A stretch of DNA of 64,000 nt, taken from Cystobasidiomycetes sp. EMM_F5. Lineage: Eukaryota. A program made the translations under genes and the position numbers. The notes under the pieces were generated by a model. The model saw only the letters and a list, made by a program, of their open reading frames with translations. It was not told where the DNA came from and made no database searches. This document shows, piece after piece, positions 1 through 14,093 of the stretch. Where the stretch lies: assembly GCA_051047955.1 (NCBI GenBank), contig JBPGPT010000014.1, forward strand, positions 310,001 through 374,000, written 5' to 3'. Position 1 is the stretch's first letter, and every line of letters starts with the position of its first letter.

Positions 1-41
1 GCCGCCCAGCAGATCGGTTACTGAGCGTTACCCTTGAACAG

Positions 42-426
42 CTTGTACAAACTATTCTTGACCAGTCCCACTTGGCACCATTGCCGTTGTCTGTCAGACC
101 CGTTCTGTGGGAGTTTGACCAAGCCCTACGACTCTTTCCCTTGCCAACGGCGGTACGCAAATACTGGCTGAGCCTTATGTCACTAGACTGAACTTGTGAC
201 ATAATGCCATGTGAACAGATCATCTTGGCAGACAAGTATTTGCCATACGAGGTGACGTACGAAGATTGCCACGTCTTCAACCCTGGTGGTTTCGCCGGCT
301 CAAATTACACTTGGTCAGCATGTACGTGTCGGATTGTGTCACCGTCGCTGCTGCATGGAAACTGATCTGCTAGAATGATCAGATCTCACTGAGAAGCGCA
401 GGTCAGAACAGAGTGGATTTGAATAG
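42..426 (+). CDS. DPB2: DNA polymerase epsilon subunit B, 3' end (5'-partial, 3 exons visible)
   Basis: Spliced translation [85 protein letters not shown] matches the Dpb2/POLE2 C-terminus. GT-AG introns; stop at 424-426. Confidence 0.85.
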
Positions 427-642
427 TACTTGACTGCTTGTCATGTAGAGAAAATGCAGAAATGTGTCAGTATGTTGTTGTATAAGGAAGCTTGCGTGAC
501 TCGAAACCGCAAAGTCCGTCCTGTAGAGCCTGACGTCGTAATTCCGCATAGCGATGGACTGCAACGTCTGTCCGTCTCAAGAGATTACTCCATACTGGGA
601 ACGCGCATTTGTTTACACGGTTGTATAACGATTTGCAGATTA

Positions 643-1390
643 TCACTCCAGCTGACCGGGGAAGAATTGCGAAAACAAAGTCAGAAGCCGTTCAATATTA
701 CTAATTAAAAATTTGACATAACTGACCTCTTCCAACTTATTTGTGGATGTTGGTGCTGCTTGGCTGCCATCTTTGCTTTCGTCAACCTCGAATGTATCGA
801 CCAGAGCCTTAGCGCGGGAGACCGTCAGATTGGTAAATGGACACGACGCAGTGAATATCATCTCACGGGAACATCATCGTCATCTGGCTCCTTTTCTTTG
901 CCAGTGTTACGCCCAGCGTTGGCATTGTACTGTTCTGCCATCCGCCTTAGCGAAGCCAGACTGTCTGGACCCAATTGCGATAAGATGCCGGGCACGAGCT
1001 CCGTTAGATCTTTTTGTTGCCCGTTGCCATAGATAGCGTAGGTGTTGGCGTTGACCGCAGCATGCACTGTATGCAGGGATTTACGTTTCACAGTCGATTA
1101 TAGTGGTCGAAGCGTTTTGTATCAGCAACGCTGCAACTAAAGGTCGTACGCTGCAACAGCGACTGACCTTTAGGCGCAGAGAAGTGCAGCACTGTGCCGT
1201 CCTCCTGGAACATGTTGACCTCCTCGAGGCCGGCAATAGGCTGAACACCCAATTTCTTGAGCGAGGCAGATAGTTTCTTGTCGTCGCCCGATCCTGCGGC
1301 CGCTGCCCGCACTGGCTTACGGTGCACGGACGAGCCCTTCTTCGCAGCCGACGCTTGCGCTTGTAGCCGTTTGATCTTTTCGAGATCCAT
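643..1390 (-). CDS. EGD1: Nascent polypeptide-associated complex beta subunit (BTF3)
   Basis: [84 protein letters not shown] is the NAC domain. The last exon is predicted to be a 9-nt CTGGAGTGA. Confidence 0.92.
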
Positions 1391-1530
1391 GGTGAGTAGT
1401 CAATTTGTCAACAGCCAAGGGCCGACTCATGAGCATGACGTTGATTTTCTCGGACGACAGTACAAGACTCCAGGCTCTCCTCTACTCTACCCACATGAAT
1501 CTAAAGTTTTCGTTTGCCTACACTTTTCTA

Positions 1531-2950
1531 TTACAGATTCCCCATTTTTGACTTCACATCGTCCACATCTTGCGTACTCTTCTCGCCTCGATGCAATGCG
1601 CTCTGGCCAGCTTCAGACTCTTTGACGTCCGCATACTTTGGACGCGGTATTTCTGTAGCAGATTTACTGTTAGCCTGAGGAATACGACGGGATGTTCCAG
1701 CAGACGAATACGCCATACCATAGCTTTCGGTTGTACGCCCGTACGAAATGCCGCCAACCCTCGAGACTGGTCGAAAGCGACCTATATCTATTCCTCCTCG
1801 GGGGTTGATGATGTCTTTGCGGACGTGGAACAGCTTGACACGGCCTGGCAGCATTCGCTTTAGCGGATTTCCCCAAATTGCGGAAGATACAGAGCAAGAC
1901 ACACCAAGAACGACTGTTCCTGTTACTTTCTCAGGCTCCGAATCGGAGTGAACCTGTTTCGCCAATCAGTCAGGCTACCAGGGGGAAAATGAACCGCCTA
2001 TCTGACATCGTAGAAATGTTCTGATAGGCACGGGTGAAGACTCTCAGCCGTTGTCCAGTATTCACTGTACACCCTTGCACTGACCTAGTACACATTCCAT
2101 ATTATACGCGGACTCCGCAACTCGAGGCGGCTTGATTGTCCGGCTCGGTGTTTGAGTCAGTCCAGACAGAGACCATTCTGATATGTCATCAGGCGCGTCA
2201 ATGGCAGTATAGCTAATACGCCTATGTTAGCCGGGGTTCGTCACTATGCGGCCCGAACGCACTTGGCTGCCTCTACGAAAGGCTCGGAAATTATATTGAC
2301 CGTAAACTCCTTGGTGGCCTTTATATTCGCACAGCTATCTTTTCTCGACCTGGAAGTAGCAGACGAGCGTATAGTGATAAACTTATTGCGAGAGCATTGC
2401 GCTGTGGCCGCTCACCCAATCGTAAAGAATAGGAAAATCACTGTGAATATCGTCGTGGTTGAGCATGACGTTCGACTTCAGAGTGTGCGCCTTACTGGGA
2501 GGCTGATGACCACATGCGTTGAAGTACGAGAAGGGAGCGAGGTTGCATACACCCTTTGCATCAACACTCGAGACGAAGCCGATAGGGCGGGGAATTATTC
2601 CGCCAATCATTAGTTTATCTTCTTGTAGATTTCAGCGACGATACCGCATAGGCCAAATGTTCGCTCTTACAAAGATCGTTTGGTGCAGTCTCAGCTGGAT
2701 CTATCCGTTTGAAGAGTTCCTCTTGCCCGGTTGCCGACCGGCTCCTATCGAACTGCTCATACAGCTCCGGATCCAGCTGGAGAATGTCATTGCTAGTCAT
2801 GCCATCACCAGCCTTCCATGCTTCATTCGGCGGCTTCGAAGCTGTTAAAGGCTTCGCCCAATCTAGCTTCCTGTTGACGCAAGTCGCACATCGCTCCGTA
2901 TATCAGCTTCATCGCCGGCCTTCGCATATCGCGGCTCACGACGTCGACAT
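1531..2950 (-). CDS. Flavin reductase-like, FMN-binding split-barrel protein (DIM6/NTAB family), multi-exon
   Basis: Motifs PPNEAWKAGDG, GGIIPRPIGFVSS...NLAPFSYFN, KDSCANIKATKEFTVNIISE, KPPRVAESAYNMEC, GRVKLFHVRKD and RPVSRVGGISYGR are typical of this family. Confidence 0.8.
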
Positions 2951-3377
2951 GATAAGCAGCAATCGTGCTGGGTAGAAGCAGAACCGCACCGTGCCTGGGA
3001 TGGCACCACTAGCTACTGCTTCTCGAGTTGGCCGTACCGCAATTCTCGGCCGAACCCAGATAATATTTCGCGGAGACTTTGGCACCTCTCATCCATACCA
3101 ACGCAGTATATGCAAACTGAATCGAATGTTTACTGTTCTCACACACTTGTGCAGGCGGACACGTCTGGAAAAGCTCGAAGGATTTCACGCCTACTCTCCA
3201 TACGGGGACCTACCCTGCCCGTCACAGCAACATTTAACGAATTCTGCGAACAGCATCTATTCTGGTCCCGCGTAAAATAGGCTTGAGTGCCGATAGTCGT
3301 TAATTGACATGCAAACGTTGAACGGCTTTATTGGCCAGCCATCAAGTCCTTCCTGCATTCAAAGTAGCAGGCACCTC

Positions 3378-4524
3378 TCAAGCGACATGCAACTCGAAAG
3401 GCAAGCCTCTTTCGGCACAAATGCATTCCACCTCTTCTACTTCGTCGAGCCATAGTTCCACTTCTTCTTCCAGTTCTTTGTCTCTGAACAGTGCTAGGTG
3501 TCGCAAATCACGAAGCCATGCTGAGTTTTCGAGCAGCTCTGCCAAACGGAGGAGATGGTCTTCTTTGTACTCTGAGATCTGTAGATGGCGCAGCGTCTTC
3601 AGTTGTGGTAGAGCATGCGACAGCGATTCATGAAATTTTGTACTAAGATCACATAGTTTGGGAAGCAAGCCCGATATATTTGAGGCGAGATCAGCGGGCC
3701 AGACGAGTTCTACGCGATTTCCGAGTATACCGAGGACGCTCAGGGTTGGACCGCAGAGGCGAAGGATTTGTGCGAGCATTGTCCATGTCAGAGCGACATC
3801 GGCGAGATAGAGAATTGAAATGTTTGCGGTTTCCATCATCACGGAAGTGCACAAACTGCTGCGGAGAGGGTTCTCCATACTGACAAAGCTGATCTCAGCG
3901 AGAAGCGGGAAGGAGACTCTCATCGGGTCACATCGGTAGGATACGTCATCACCGTTGAACTGCAGTTCGCGTACAGTAGACGAGCAGGCCGTGATACAGG
4001 GGCGGAAGACATCGTGAATGTCGATGCAGAAAGGAAAGCTGAGTCGGAGGCGTTTGACCTTTGTACAGTCTACGAAGTACATGGCTCCGCATACCGCAGC
4101 TGAGTTCATAACGTGAGACAAACTCAGCTGAAGATACCGGGGAGTCGTAACTGGCGGAGAGGTATTGAGTAGGGGTAGCGTAAGAGGGAGTCTTGCAAAG
4201 TCGTCAGGCAAGATGCAAAGGTTGATCAGGCTGCCGAAGAGGGCACGGATCCGAGTGACTTCGGACGAGCGTATTGCTAGTTCTTGCAGTCTCTCGGGAG
4301 TTAAGCGGGTATGACACCGTAACCCAACATGTGTGACCACTGCGCATACGCGCGAACACGTAGTTGCATAAGCTAGATTCCGCTATTAGCTCGTCACTGT
4401 ATTGGTTGCTCTTTGTCGACTGACCAAGATGCTCATGGCGCGTAGTCAGGTGCGCAAAGATGTTGACCAGGACTTCGAAAGGGAGATCTAGTAGGTTGAT
4501 TCTAGGAGCAGACAGTGGCGACAT
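3378..4524 (-). CDS. F-box / RNI-like (LRR) protein, paralog 1
   Basis: N-terminal F-box-like LLDLPFEVLVNIFAHL. A 52-nt intron (4373-4424, gtcagt..gctaat..tag) joins the two ORFs in frame, followed by LxxLxL repeats. Confidence 0.7.
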
Positions 4525-4956
4525 GCTTAGAGCGCGCGCGGGACAGAGTCTGGTAATGCTTGTCGTTGTTGCACAGATTTATGAGGGTTTTTACGAGTTT
4601 GGATTCCCCCGCAACTGGATGATTTGCTGCGAAGAGGGTGGACGGTACGAGCGAGTCACAAGTGTCGTCGCTAGACCATACCGCTGCAGAGGATCATTTC
4701 ATATTAGCATTCAATCATTAGTGCGGTCATGGAGGCGGAAGTGGGCAAGATTCAACTAGAAGCTCGAGCAATTGTAAAAGATGGATTTATATCCCTAAAC
4801 CGTCTGAGACACGCTGTAGCAAACTCCTACGATACAATTACTGTTCTTCTTAGTCGCTCATAGCAACGTACACCGAGAGCGAAAAGCAACGCGGTGATCC
4901 GGCAGTACATCCCCGCTACCACCCATGAAATATCTCTTCATTGACAACGCAACTCC

Positions 4957-6096
4957 TCAGTAGTCTTTCTTTCTAAGTGCGACCTTTCTTGCAGTGCGCA
5001 GAGGCCGAAGTTTTCGCTCCGCTTGGTTCCTTTGCGGCGACGGTTCTCTGTAGAGTGTTACTTTTCGCAGTGTTGGAAGCCACTCGAGGTCTGCAAGAGC
5101 TTCGGCAAGCCCATCTAGCTCCTCTATATCGGTATAATCGAATTCGATATGTCGCAGGGACATGAGCATATGCAGAGCTTGCTTCGGGAATGCATCCAAT
5201 CGTAATTTAATTTCCGTCAAATTGCGGAGTAAGTTTGCATTTTCCGCGACGTGCGTGTTGTCCCATATATCTTTATCCTCGTCATTGTACCCATAGATCC
5301 CGAGTGACGTGAGCCTGGGACCACAGGCCCGCAGAACTGTAAGAGAGTCGGTCTCACTGAGTGTAACATCCCAGAAAACGAGCTCTACTAGGTTGAGCGA
5401 GTTGGAAAGTAGATGAAGGACGACTCCACTTTGCAACGGTCGTAAGCTGTCGCAGATACGGATGTATTCGAGCTTCGGAAATGTTGTTTCTCGCATGTTA
5501 TGGTGATATTGGTCCGCATGAGTTTGGAGGTCGAGTCGTTCTATTGTAGCGCAGCAGCGCAGGAGCAGCTGGATACGTGCTTCGTTACCAGTGCTGACAT
5601 GGCCAAAATAAATCGTCAGATTATCTACTGTCCGGCAATCAACGAATTGTAAATATTGGGCGACTGTTTTGTCGTCCGCGTCTAAGTCGATGTCCAGATC
5701 TAGAGACCTAGCAGCTAGAAGAGGCTGCATCGGGATCATCATGCAACTCTTGATGGCAGGGAGCTTCTCGGGGTGCCTAGTAACGTGCGACAAGTCGGCT
5801 ATCTCGATGCCTGCGATAAGCTGACGTAAACGCGCGTTCGAAGTACACATTGCAGCGAACGCCTCGAGCCGTACAAGCGAGAGCAGGATTTTGCCATGCA
5901 AGCCGATTCGCGTGACAATTTCGCATAGGGAAGTGCAAGTCGTAGCGTAGACTGGAATAATAGTCAGCTCGTATCTCTGCATCGACATCTTGCACGCACT
6001 GAGGTGATCGTTGCCAGGTAAGTACGCAAAAATGTTTGTCAGAACCTCGACGGGTAAGTCGAGTAGACTGATTCTGGAAGAAGACGGCGATGCCAT
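4957..6096 (-). CDS. F-box / RNI-like (LRR) protein, paralog 2
   Basis: LLDLPVEVLTNIFAYLP F-box motif and LRR-like repeats. A probable 48-nt in-frame intron (5952-5999) sits at the same position as in paralog 1. Confidence 0.7.
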   Translation of the reverse strand: MASPSSSRISLLDLPVEVLTNIFAYLPGNDHLSACKMSMQRYELTIIPVYATTCTSLCEIVTRIGLHGKILLSLVRLEAFAAMCTSNARLRQLIAGIEIADLSHVTRHPEKLPAIKSCMMIPMQPLLAARSLDLDIDLDADDKTVAQYLQFVDCRTVDNLTIYFGHVSTGNEARIQLLLRCCATIERLDLQTHADQYHHNMRETTFPKLEYIRICDSLRPLQSGVVLHLLSNSLNLVELVFWDVTLSETDSLTVLRACGPRLTSLGIYGYNDEDKDIWDNTHVAENANLLRNLTEIKLRLDAFPKQALHMLMSLRHIEFDYTDIEELDGLAEALADLEWLPTLRKVTLYREPSPQRNQAERKLRPLRTARKVALRKKDY

Positions 6097-6292
6097 GCTG
6101 TCAATGGACCGGGACGTGTGGGCTACAATGTATGCCGATGTTTATGTTTCGTGCTGGCGAGTGAGCTGGCTTGCAATCCCACCCGCAACTGTTTGACCTG
6201 CGTACGAGGGACGGTCAAAGCGAGTCACGGCGGTTGTTGGCGGACCATTCCGTCGCAGAGTATCAATTCCATGTTGGCATCTGAACATCAAT

Positions 6293-9241
6293 ATGGCAGA
6301 CGTGGATGGAGATGCAGAAGCGCGTCAGCTGTTGTCGTCCCTGTACGGCTTTGGTGACGATGATAAAACGCTGGCAAAGCTGCTGCGGCACACTGACCAC
6401 AATGTAACAACGGCTGATGGAGCAACGTCAACGATAACATCATGGAAGATGCAAGATTATGCCTACAAGCGAGATCCATGCCCATACCCCACGCGTGCTC
6501 GAGGCTTGTTTACGTCTGGAGCAGACCGCATTGTGGCAAGAGCGTACGACAAGTTTTTCAACGTCGACGAAGTCAGCTGGACAAAAGTAGGCTGTATATG
6601 TTTCCTGAACACGCTTAGATGCTGACACGCTGCCATCACGCTGCTCTGGATGCTTGTACTGAAATCAGTGGGGAAAATTACCGGACCTGACGACAGCACC
6701 CTACTACTTGACTCTCAAGTCAAATGGATGCCTCATTCTAGTCGCAGCGCTATCACCCAATGAGCTTCTCGTGACATCTAAGCATGCCATTGGCCAGGCC
6801 AAAGAGCCAGGAGCGCGCTCGCATGCCGAAGTCGGAGAAGAGTGGTTAAACACAGGCTTGAAAAATTCTGGCAAGACTCGGCAAGACCTAGCGGCAAGAC
6901 TGTGGAAGGAACGTCTCACTTGCGTAGCCGAGGTGGGTGCAAGCCAAAGTGGTTGCGGAAGAGGGGATCTAATCAGGACGTCGAAATATTTGCATTGGTA
7001 GCTTTGTGACGACTCATTTGAGGAACATATCCTGCCGTACGCCGCTGAGAAGTCTGGACTACATCTACACGGCCTCGTCGTCAACCACCCAACTCTACTC
7101 ACCCTTTCCCCACCTGAAGTCAATGCATTCGCAAACGCGTTTGGCTTCATCGAAACTCCGTATGTGACGCTGCAAAGCGTCGAAGAAGTACGCGACTTTA
7201 CTATGCAGGTCACAAACAACAACGGCATGTGGCAGAACGAGCACGTGGAAGGCTTCGTCGTCCGCGCCGGCTTAAAGGCAGGCTCGCTTAGTTCGCAGCC
7301 ACACCCAAACGATCTGACCGAGGAAAATTGGAATGATCCTCGCCGCGTATTCATGTGGAAGATCAAATTCGACCAGCCTTACTTGATGTGGCGCGAGTGG
7401 AGAGAAACGACAAATAAGATCCTTAGTCTCAAGAAGAAACAGAATCATGACGTGGCTGCGATAGGCAGGCGTAAGCTAGGCCAACAAAGCAACTCTGACG
7501 CTCCGAAGGAGACATCTACATTGAACAAAGGCAAAGGCAGAGCGCTCATTATCGAAGGTGAAGATGATGCATCTCTTGAAGATGATGGTAGCCGGCGCAC
7601 AGCGTGCGAGGACAGAGACGAAGTCGCAGATTTCAACCCCAAAAAACTACGAAACCCAGAAACGAGAGTCTACGCTGTTTGGGTAGTGAAGCGTATGGAG
7701 ACGCATCCGGAAGACTTTGCCTATTATTCCAGTAATCGTGGTATTATCGCTGTACGAAACGAATATTTGGCTTGGCGCGAAACACAAGAAGGACAGGCTC
7801 AAGCAAAGAAAACAATGGGCAAGGACAGCGTTCTGCCTGATGCCGAAAATGTAACTGTACCCACCAATTTCGAGAGGACCCTGCTGGTTCCAGTGGCTGT
7901 TCCGGGTTGCGGTAAGCTATCTTTGATCTCCACAAGACCGGACCTGACAATAAAATACGTTTCAGGCAAGACACAACTTGGAGTCGCTCTTTCTGCGCTT
8001 TATGGTGTCGCGCACACCCAGTCCGACGACATTACATTCAAGAAAGCAGCCGCCCATTTCGAGAAAAATGTTGCTGATTTGCTCAAGGAATATCCGGTTG
8101 TCTTCGCCGACAAGTGAGTGTCGGTCATGCTAATTGCGGTGTAGTCAGTACTGATTGTTCAGCCAGAAACAATCACCTCAAGCAGCATCGAAAGGCCATG
8201 GCGGAGATTGCATCTAAAAGCAAGCATAGTACGCGCCTAGTTGCACTCGTCTGGTCCCTCAAAGATCTTCCTCACAACGAGCTGCACCGAATCTGCAGCG
8301 ATCGTATCGTAGAACGCGGGCAAAATCACCAGTCTCTGCGGCCGGTCGAGACAGGAGAGCACGATATCATCCTCATGAGGTTCTTCTCCCAGATAGAATC
8401 ATTCGACCCTGTCTTCAATACAGACAGTGACGCTTACTTCAATAATATCGTTGAGATGAAGATTACTTGGTCTTTCGAGGACGCTCTGAAGCACGTTGTC
8501 AGAAGCCTAGCGGACATTGGAGTGCTTCCAACGGGAACTGCCCTGACGCCAGCTGAGATCGAAACCGCAACAGAGCGGGTCGGAGAATACAAGCCGAAGA
8601 TCATCAAAGAGATGAAGTTGGACAGTATCGATACTTCAGCGAAAGGCGGCGGGAAATTCAAAGGAGCGCGATACTATGCCGTCGCAGCAGAGATCGATCT
8701 CACTGAAATTCTCGACGACTTCCTCGTTGAGCATCGGAACTCATTGTCCAGTGCAGATGTGGCCTTTTTCGACAAACTGCGGAAAGCGGGGCGCATCGAA
8801 AAGAAACCTCATGTTACGCTAGTTCACGAAGCTGAACTGACTTTGAAGGAGGATAAGTCAAACGCGGCAGAAGTCGATAGAGCGATGAATTTATGGGGAA
8901 AATGCAACAAGGCGTCCCGTCTCTCTGGCGACGAAGCTGTGACGGCTACGCTGACGCTCGGACCGCTTCTGGCATGGGACGGGCGGGCCGCTACGGTTCA
9001 AGTCAGTCAATTGACGTATTCTGGTACCAACGTGGACCCGGCTGCTATGCCAGACGATGATCAGAAGCATTTGTACCATATTACGATTGGTACGCTCAAC
9101 GATACCATAAGACCGATAGAAGGCCGTTGGCTCTTAGACGATGCCATCAAGGGATGCGTGAAGAGTAGAGCAGGGGAGATCATATCAAAGTACGCCATCA
9201 AAACTAGCGAATGTGTTGGACGGATTAAGGGGCATTTCTGA
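6293..9241 (+). CDS. TRL1: Fungal trifunctional tRNA ligase (adenylyltransferase, polynucleotide kinase, cyclic phosphodiesterase)
   Basis: RARGLF...RAYDKFFNVDE, ligase motif I TLKSNG, ELCDDSFEEHIL, EGFVVR, kinase P-loop VAVPGCGKT, and the two CPD HxT motifs (PHVTL, YHITIG). Confidence 0.95.
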
Positions 9242-9389
9242 TGCTGTCGAACGTATGAAGCATTGATATTGTTTAATGTCGTTTGTCTATGCTACATACT
9301 AGTGGAGTGAATAAAGTGTAGTGTAAGGGTAGTGGTAACAAACCGTCAACAGAGTGGAGTTGTGTGCATACACAGTTAGGTGAGTTCAG

Positions 9390-10248
9390 CTAGCTGCGAA
9401 AGCTCGACACAAGCAGAAACAGGAGGAGCTGTGCAGAAGGCGCAGTACAGAGATCAGTTGTTTTGCACTTCATCGGTCAAATGAGCAATGTACGCACCAC
9501 TACAACGAGACCGGTCAGGCCGATGAGTTTGGAGTTGCGCCACCACATCTTGCGTCTCAGCGCCTGACTTCGTTTCCGGAATGCTCTAGCGTTGTGAGAC
9601 ATTTGGTCCGTCTTGTCAACGAGCAGCTCTATCCGCTCTCCTCGTGACAGGATCGCTTCGATGTTCTGCACCATGATCTGTTTTGTTCCGTTGATTTCGT
9701 CTTGTGCTTGTCGGACCGGGTCCACAGGCGGGTCGTCGATGAATTGCTTCATGAGACGGGATATTTGAGAGTTGAAAGATGACATCCCGTGCGGTTCTGC
9801 ATCGGATATCGCTTCTGCTGGAAAAGAGGCTTTGAACTGCTCGTAACGAGTTAGTGAAATAGTAAGCTTAGCCATTCAGATTCAAGGCGTTCAAACGCAC
9901 TCTTTTCAAAAGCTCGCCAAGGAAACCGAAGGCTACACGACGCGGCAACTCCTGTTCTGCCATACAGAGGACCGTCACATTGCCTTGACGGATGTAATGG
10001 AACAGATAGTCTTCTGCAGCGTAAGACAGCTAGCAACCATTTTTCACAATCATTAGTACATCAGGCTATACAATTCGAAAATGTCCAGCCTGTATGCTTA
10101 CCTTGCTGTCGCCCGGAGGGATCTTGCCTAGTATGGTTGACGTTGCACTCTGGAAAGCCGAACCAGCTTCAATGTCCCTGCTACTGCCGCCATCGCTCTC
10201 TGCGAGTATTGTGGTGCCTCGTGCGACTATCGCATGCAGCAGTGACAT
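9390..10248 (-). CDS. Longin-domain R-SNARE (VAMP7/Nyv1-like synaptobrevin)
   Basis: Longin N-terminus MSLLHAIVARGTTILAE, synaptobrevin coil IMVQNIEAILSRGERIELLVDKTD..RRKMWWRN, and a C-terminal transmembrane segment. Confidence 0.9.
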
Positions 10249-10861
10249 GGTTGCGACACTGAATACTCGATATAAAGCTCGGACTCTTTAGGCCACCGGA
10301 TGACGACAATCAGGCGGTCCAGATGGATGTTGGTGGAGGCAGGATGATGCAGTGCACTGAGCAGACTGAGACGACGCAGGATTGAAACAGTAATGACTTG
10401 GTGTCAGTGTGACGATCAGCCTGTCAAACTGCTCCTCGCTTGGCGAACGAGTTGCAAAAAGGCAGTTTGAGTGGGCAAGGCAGAACAATTACACCAGTAG
10501 ACAAGGGGCGCATATGGCACCGGTATTGTATTGAGGCATGAAGCTACATTTCTAAGCAGACTCTGACGGTTTACAACGGACAGTTCCCGTGCAGAGGCTA
10601 CCGCCAACTCGTCGAAGAGTGCGAGGTCGTTGTTGACAACATGTGCATTCTGCTAGACTAAAATACTAGTTGGATGGAGTTCAGAGTATGGATGTTTGTG
10701 TGTGAAAAGCCGAAGGGGTGCCGCAGTACGAGACAAGGTCACAACCGGCGGACCGAGAGCCTGTTCGAAGTCGGTGGGAGAAAGACGTAGACTGACGTCG
10801 ATGGGAATGTTCCCAACCGACGGCGGAGTCTAGCCATCGTAGAAGCCTAGATGAGAAGCAT

Positions 10862-11699
<838 letters not shown>

Positions 11700-12346
11700 T
11701 GTTTACCTGTTCTCAACGGAAGTGAATGGAACGGAACCAAGAGGCAGCAGTTTGTTTTTGAAATGTTTTGCGGATTTGAAATCGCCCAGCACGCCCCAAT
11801 CGAGGATTTGGGTGGGAGGTGATCGAGCTTTTTGGCCTGCCAGATGGGCCTCGTAAGTTGGCGAGCCAGACGGGAGGGTAGCCATGCAACTCAGTAAGAG
11901 TGCACGATATAAAAATTTGGAGCTGATAGATGAGTTCTATACATCTCAAGCATCGTTCTGAGCTCTCCTATGCTCGTTTAGCATAAATATTGGCCATTTT
12001 GTGCTTGCCCGGTCAGTGCTTGTTTTCGAGCCTGTTGACAGTGCTTCCCATTCCAGCTGAATCGATTTCGGACTCTGACACTTTGTCATATCGCGTCACA
12101 GTGGCTTGCTACAGCAGCTGTGTGGCATACCTCTGCTTGATTTACCCTTCTCGCTCCCGGCGTACCTTCATCGCTCTGGCTGGCCGACTGCCTGCAGCCT
12201 TCTATAGTGGATGTGGCAAATTTGCTTGATCAAGTCACTCCCAAGTCGCAAAACACCGTAGTCCAACTGACCCGCTAATCGAGCCATGACTAGGTAGCGC
12301 ACCACACTGACTGGCCAGGTCTCCGCACTCCTCCCGCCTTCCTCGA

Positions 12347-14093
12347 ATGTCTGACGAACAAGATGAGAACCCGCTGGCCGGGAGAGCAGCAGAGTCGGGA
12401 ATAGCAAACACGGATGGCGAAGTTGACGATGTCCCGGACTGGCTGGCATTCGCTTCATTTGCAAAGTACCCTCTCGTCCTGTTTGCCAGCTGAATTGCGA
12501 GCTAACGGCTAGACAATGCAGGACAGCAACGAAAGACGCAGACAAATCTCCTGCAAATGGGTCGATAAACGATCCAATCATTCCTAAGCGGGGAGAGAAG
12601 GATTTCGAACCAGCTACAGAAGCCAGTCACGTCTATCTACAACAATCTCTGCTCGATGCCTCCAGAGACGCCCTATTCAACGCTATCGGCTCGGGCGTGC
12701 GGTCGCACTCGTCAAAGTCGCATAATCGGGCTGTATGGGACCAAGCTAACCAGAAAGCATACATGATACATGCACCTCGCCCAGACTTGCCGCCTCAAGC
12801 TCCCGAGAATGCTGCAGCAAATTATGACGGCGAGAATGGGAAACGGACAACACGCCCAGCGCCCGCTCACGGCATACATTTTCAGACCATGGGATCGTAC
12901 AACAATGTCAAGAAGAGGCTAGAGTTGCTGCCCGAGGAAGTATTGTACCTTATCGAGCGCGGAACAGTCGAGTGTTGGACTAGCGAAGCCGAATCGGCCG
13001 TGCCAATGTCTTTTCAGCACGCCTGGGGCACCTTTATCTCAACGAGATTCCTTACTGCCGAGCGTTACCAGGTATGTCGCTTTGACTGCCCAACGACGAG
13101 CAAAGATAGCTGATTTGTGCTGCATCGTCAGGTCTATGCTTATTTGCGTCGGCTAGGCTACACTGTCATGCGCGACGGCTCATTCCCGCGACCCAACACT
13201 AGCATTTTAAATCATCGAAAAGAGTCTCTGGTTCAGCGTATCCGAGCGTACTTTGTCCACCCTCTTGAACGATTTGCGATATTGTGCTTTCGCAGCTGGA
13301 GCGTCGCCTACAATTGGACGTTTAGACCGCTAGTAACTACGCCCATCGCCAATTTGGGTCTGATATCGGTCGGAAAGGTTCAATCTCTTCTGAATGGACA
13401 AAGGTGGGCTACGTTCGGTAAGTACAGCTTAGCTCACGATGTCGTCTTTAAATTGCTCATCATTCGCATTTGCTGTTGTAGACCAAATATTTACGGCTTT
13501 GCAGGTTGTACCCGCAGGCTGGGTCCGCGGTTCAGGCACCCATAACAAGCGGCAAACCAATCCATACAGAGTCGTGTGGAAGGTGTATAAACCGATAACA
13601 AAGATCAAAAAGTCAGACCCGCCCGAACCAGACTTTCGCATCTCCGTAATCAAGTATGTACCCAGACGTACAAAGACTTTGCAGATACTCATATTTTATA
13701 CCTTTATTTGGCAGCGCAAGCGAACTGGCAATTCCCGACTTGTTCGATTTCGAAAACATCTTTGCGGAATTGCCATTCCCTGCCGTCGCAACAGTCATAC
13801 CTTACGACAAGACACGCGCACATTCAGGCAACAACAGGCCGCGGGTGGTAGCCAACGATCTTTGGAGTAAAGTCTTGCACTATCTCCCATCTTTCATCCA
13901 CGTTAGCTCCGCTGGCAAGTGGAAAGTCTCGCTTACTCGCCCGTCGCCATACGCCAATTTGAAGACGGGATACAGATCAGCTATCATTGCAGTCGTCGAT
14001 AACGGGACAATCAGCTTTCAACGCTTTGGCCAGACGGATTTTTCAGAGTATCCATGGGTAGGCGACGGACATCGTCCGTTGTCCTCTATATGA
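12347..14093 (+). CDS. SEN54: tRNA-splicing endonuclease subunit Sen54
   Basis: IPKRGEKDFEP, HFQTMG..LELLPEEVLYLIERG, ERYQVYAYLRRLGY, VYKP..KKSDPPEPDFRI and NLKTGYRSAIIAVVDNGTISF match fungal Sen54 signatures. Confidence 0.88.

Noticed and set aside
4204..4524. Apparent frameshift/pseudogene in F-box paralog 1
   Set aside because: A canonical 52-nt intron (4373-4424) restores the frame and the alignment with paralog 2.
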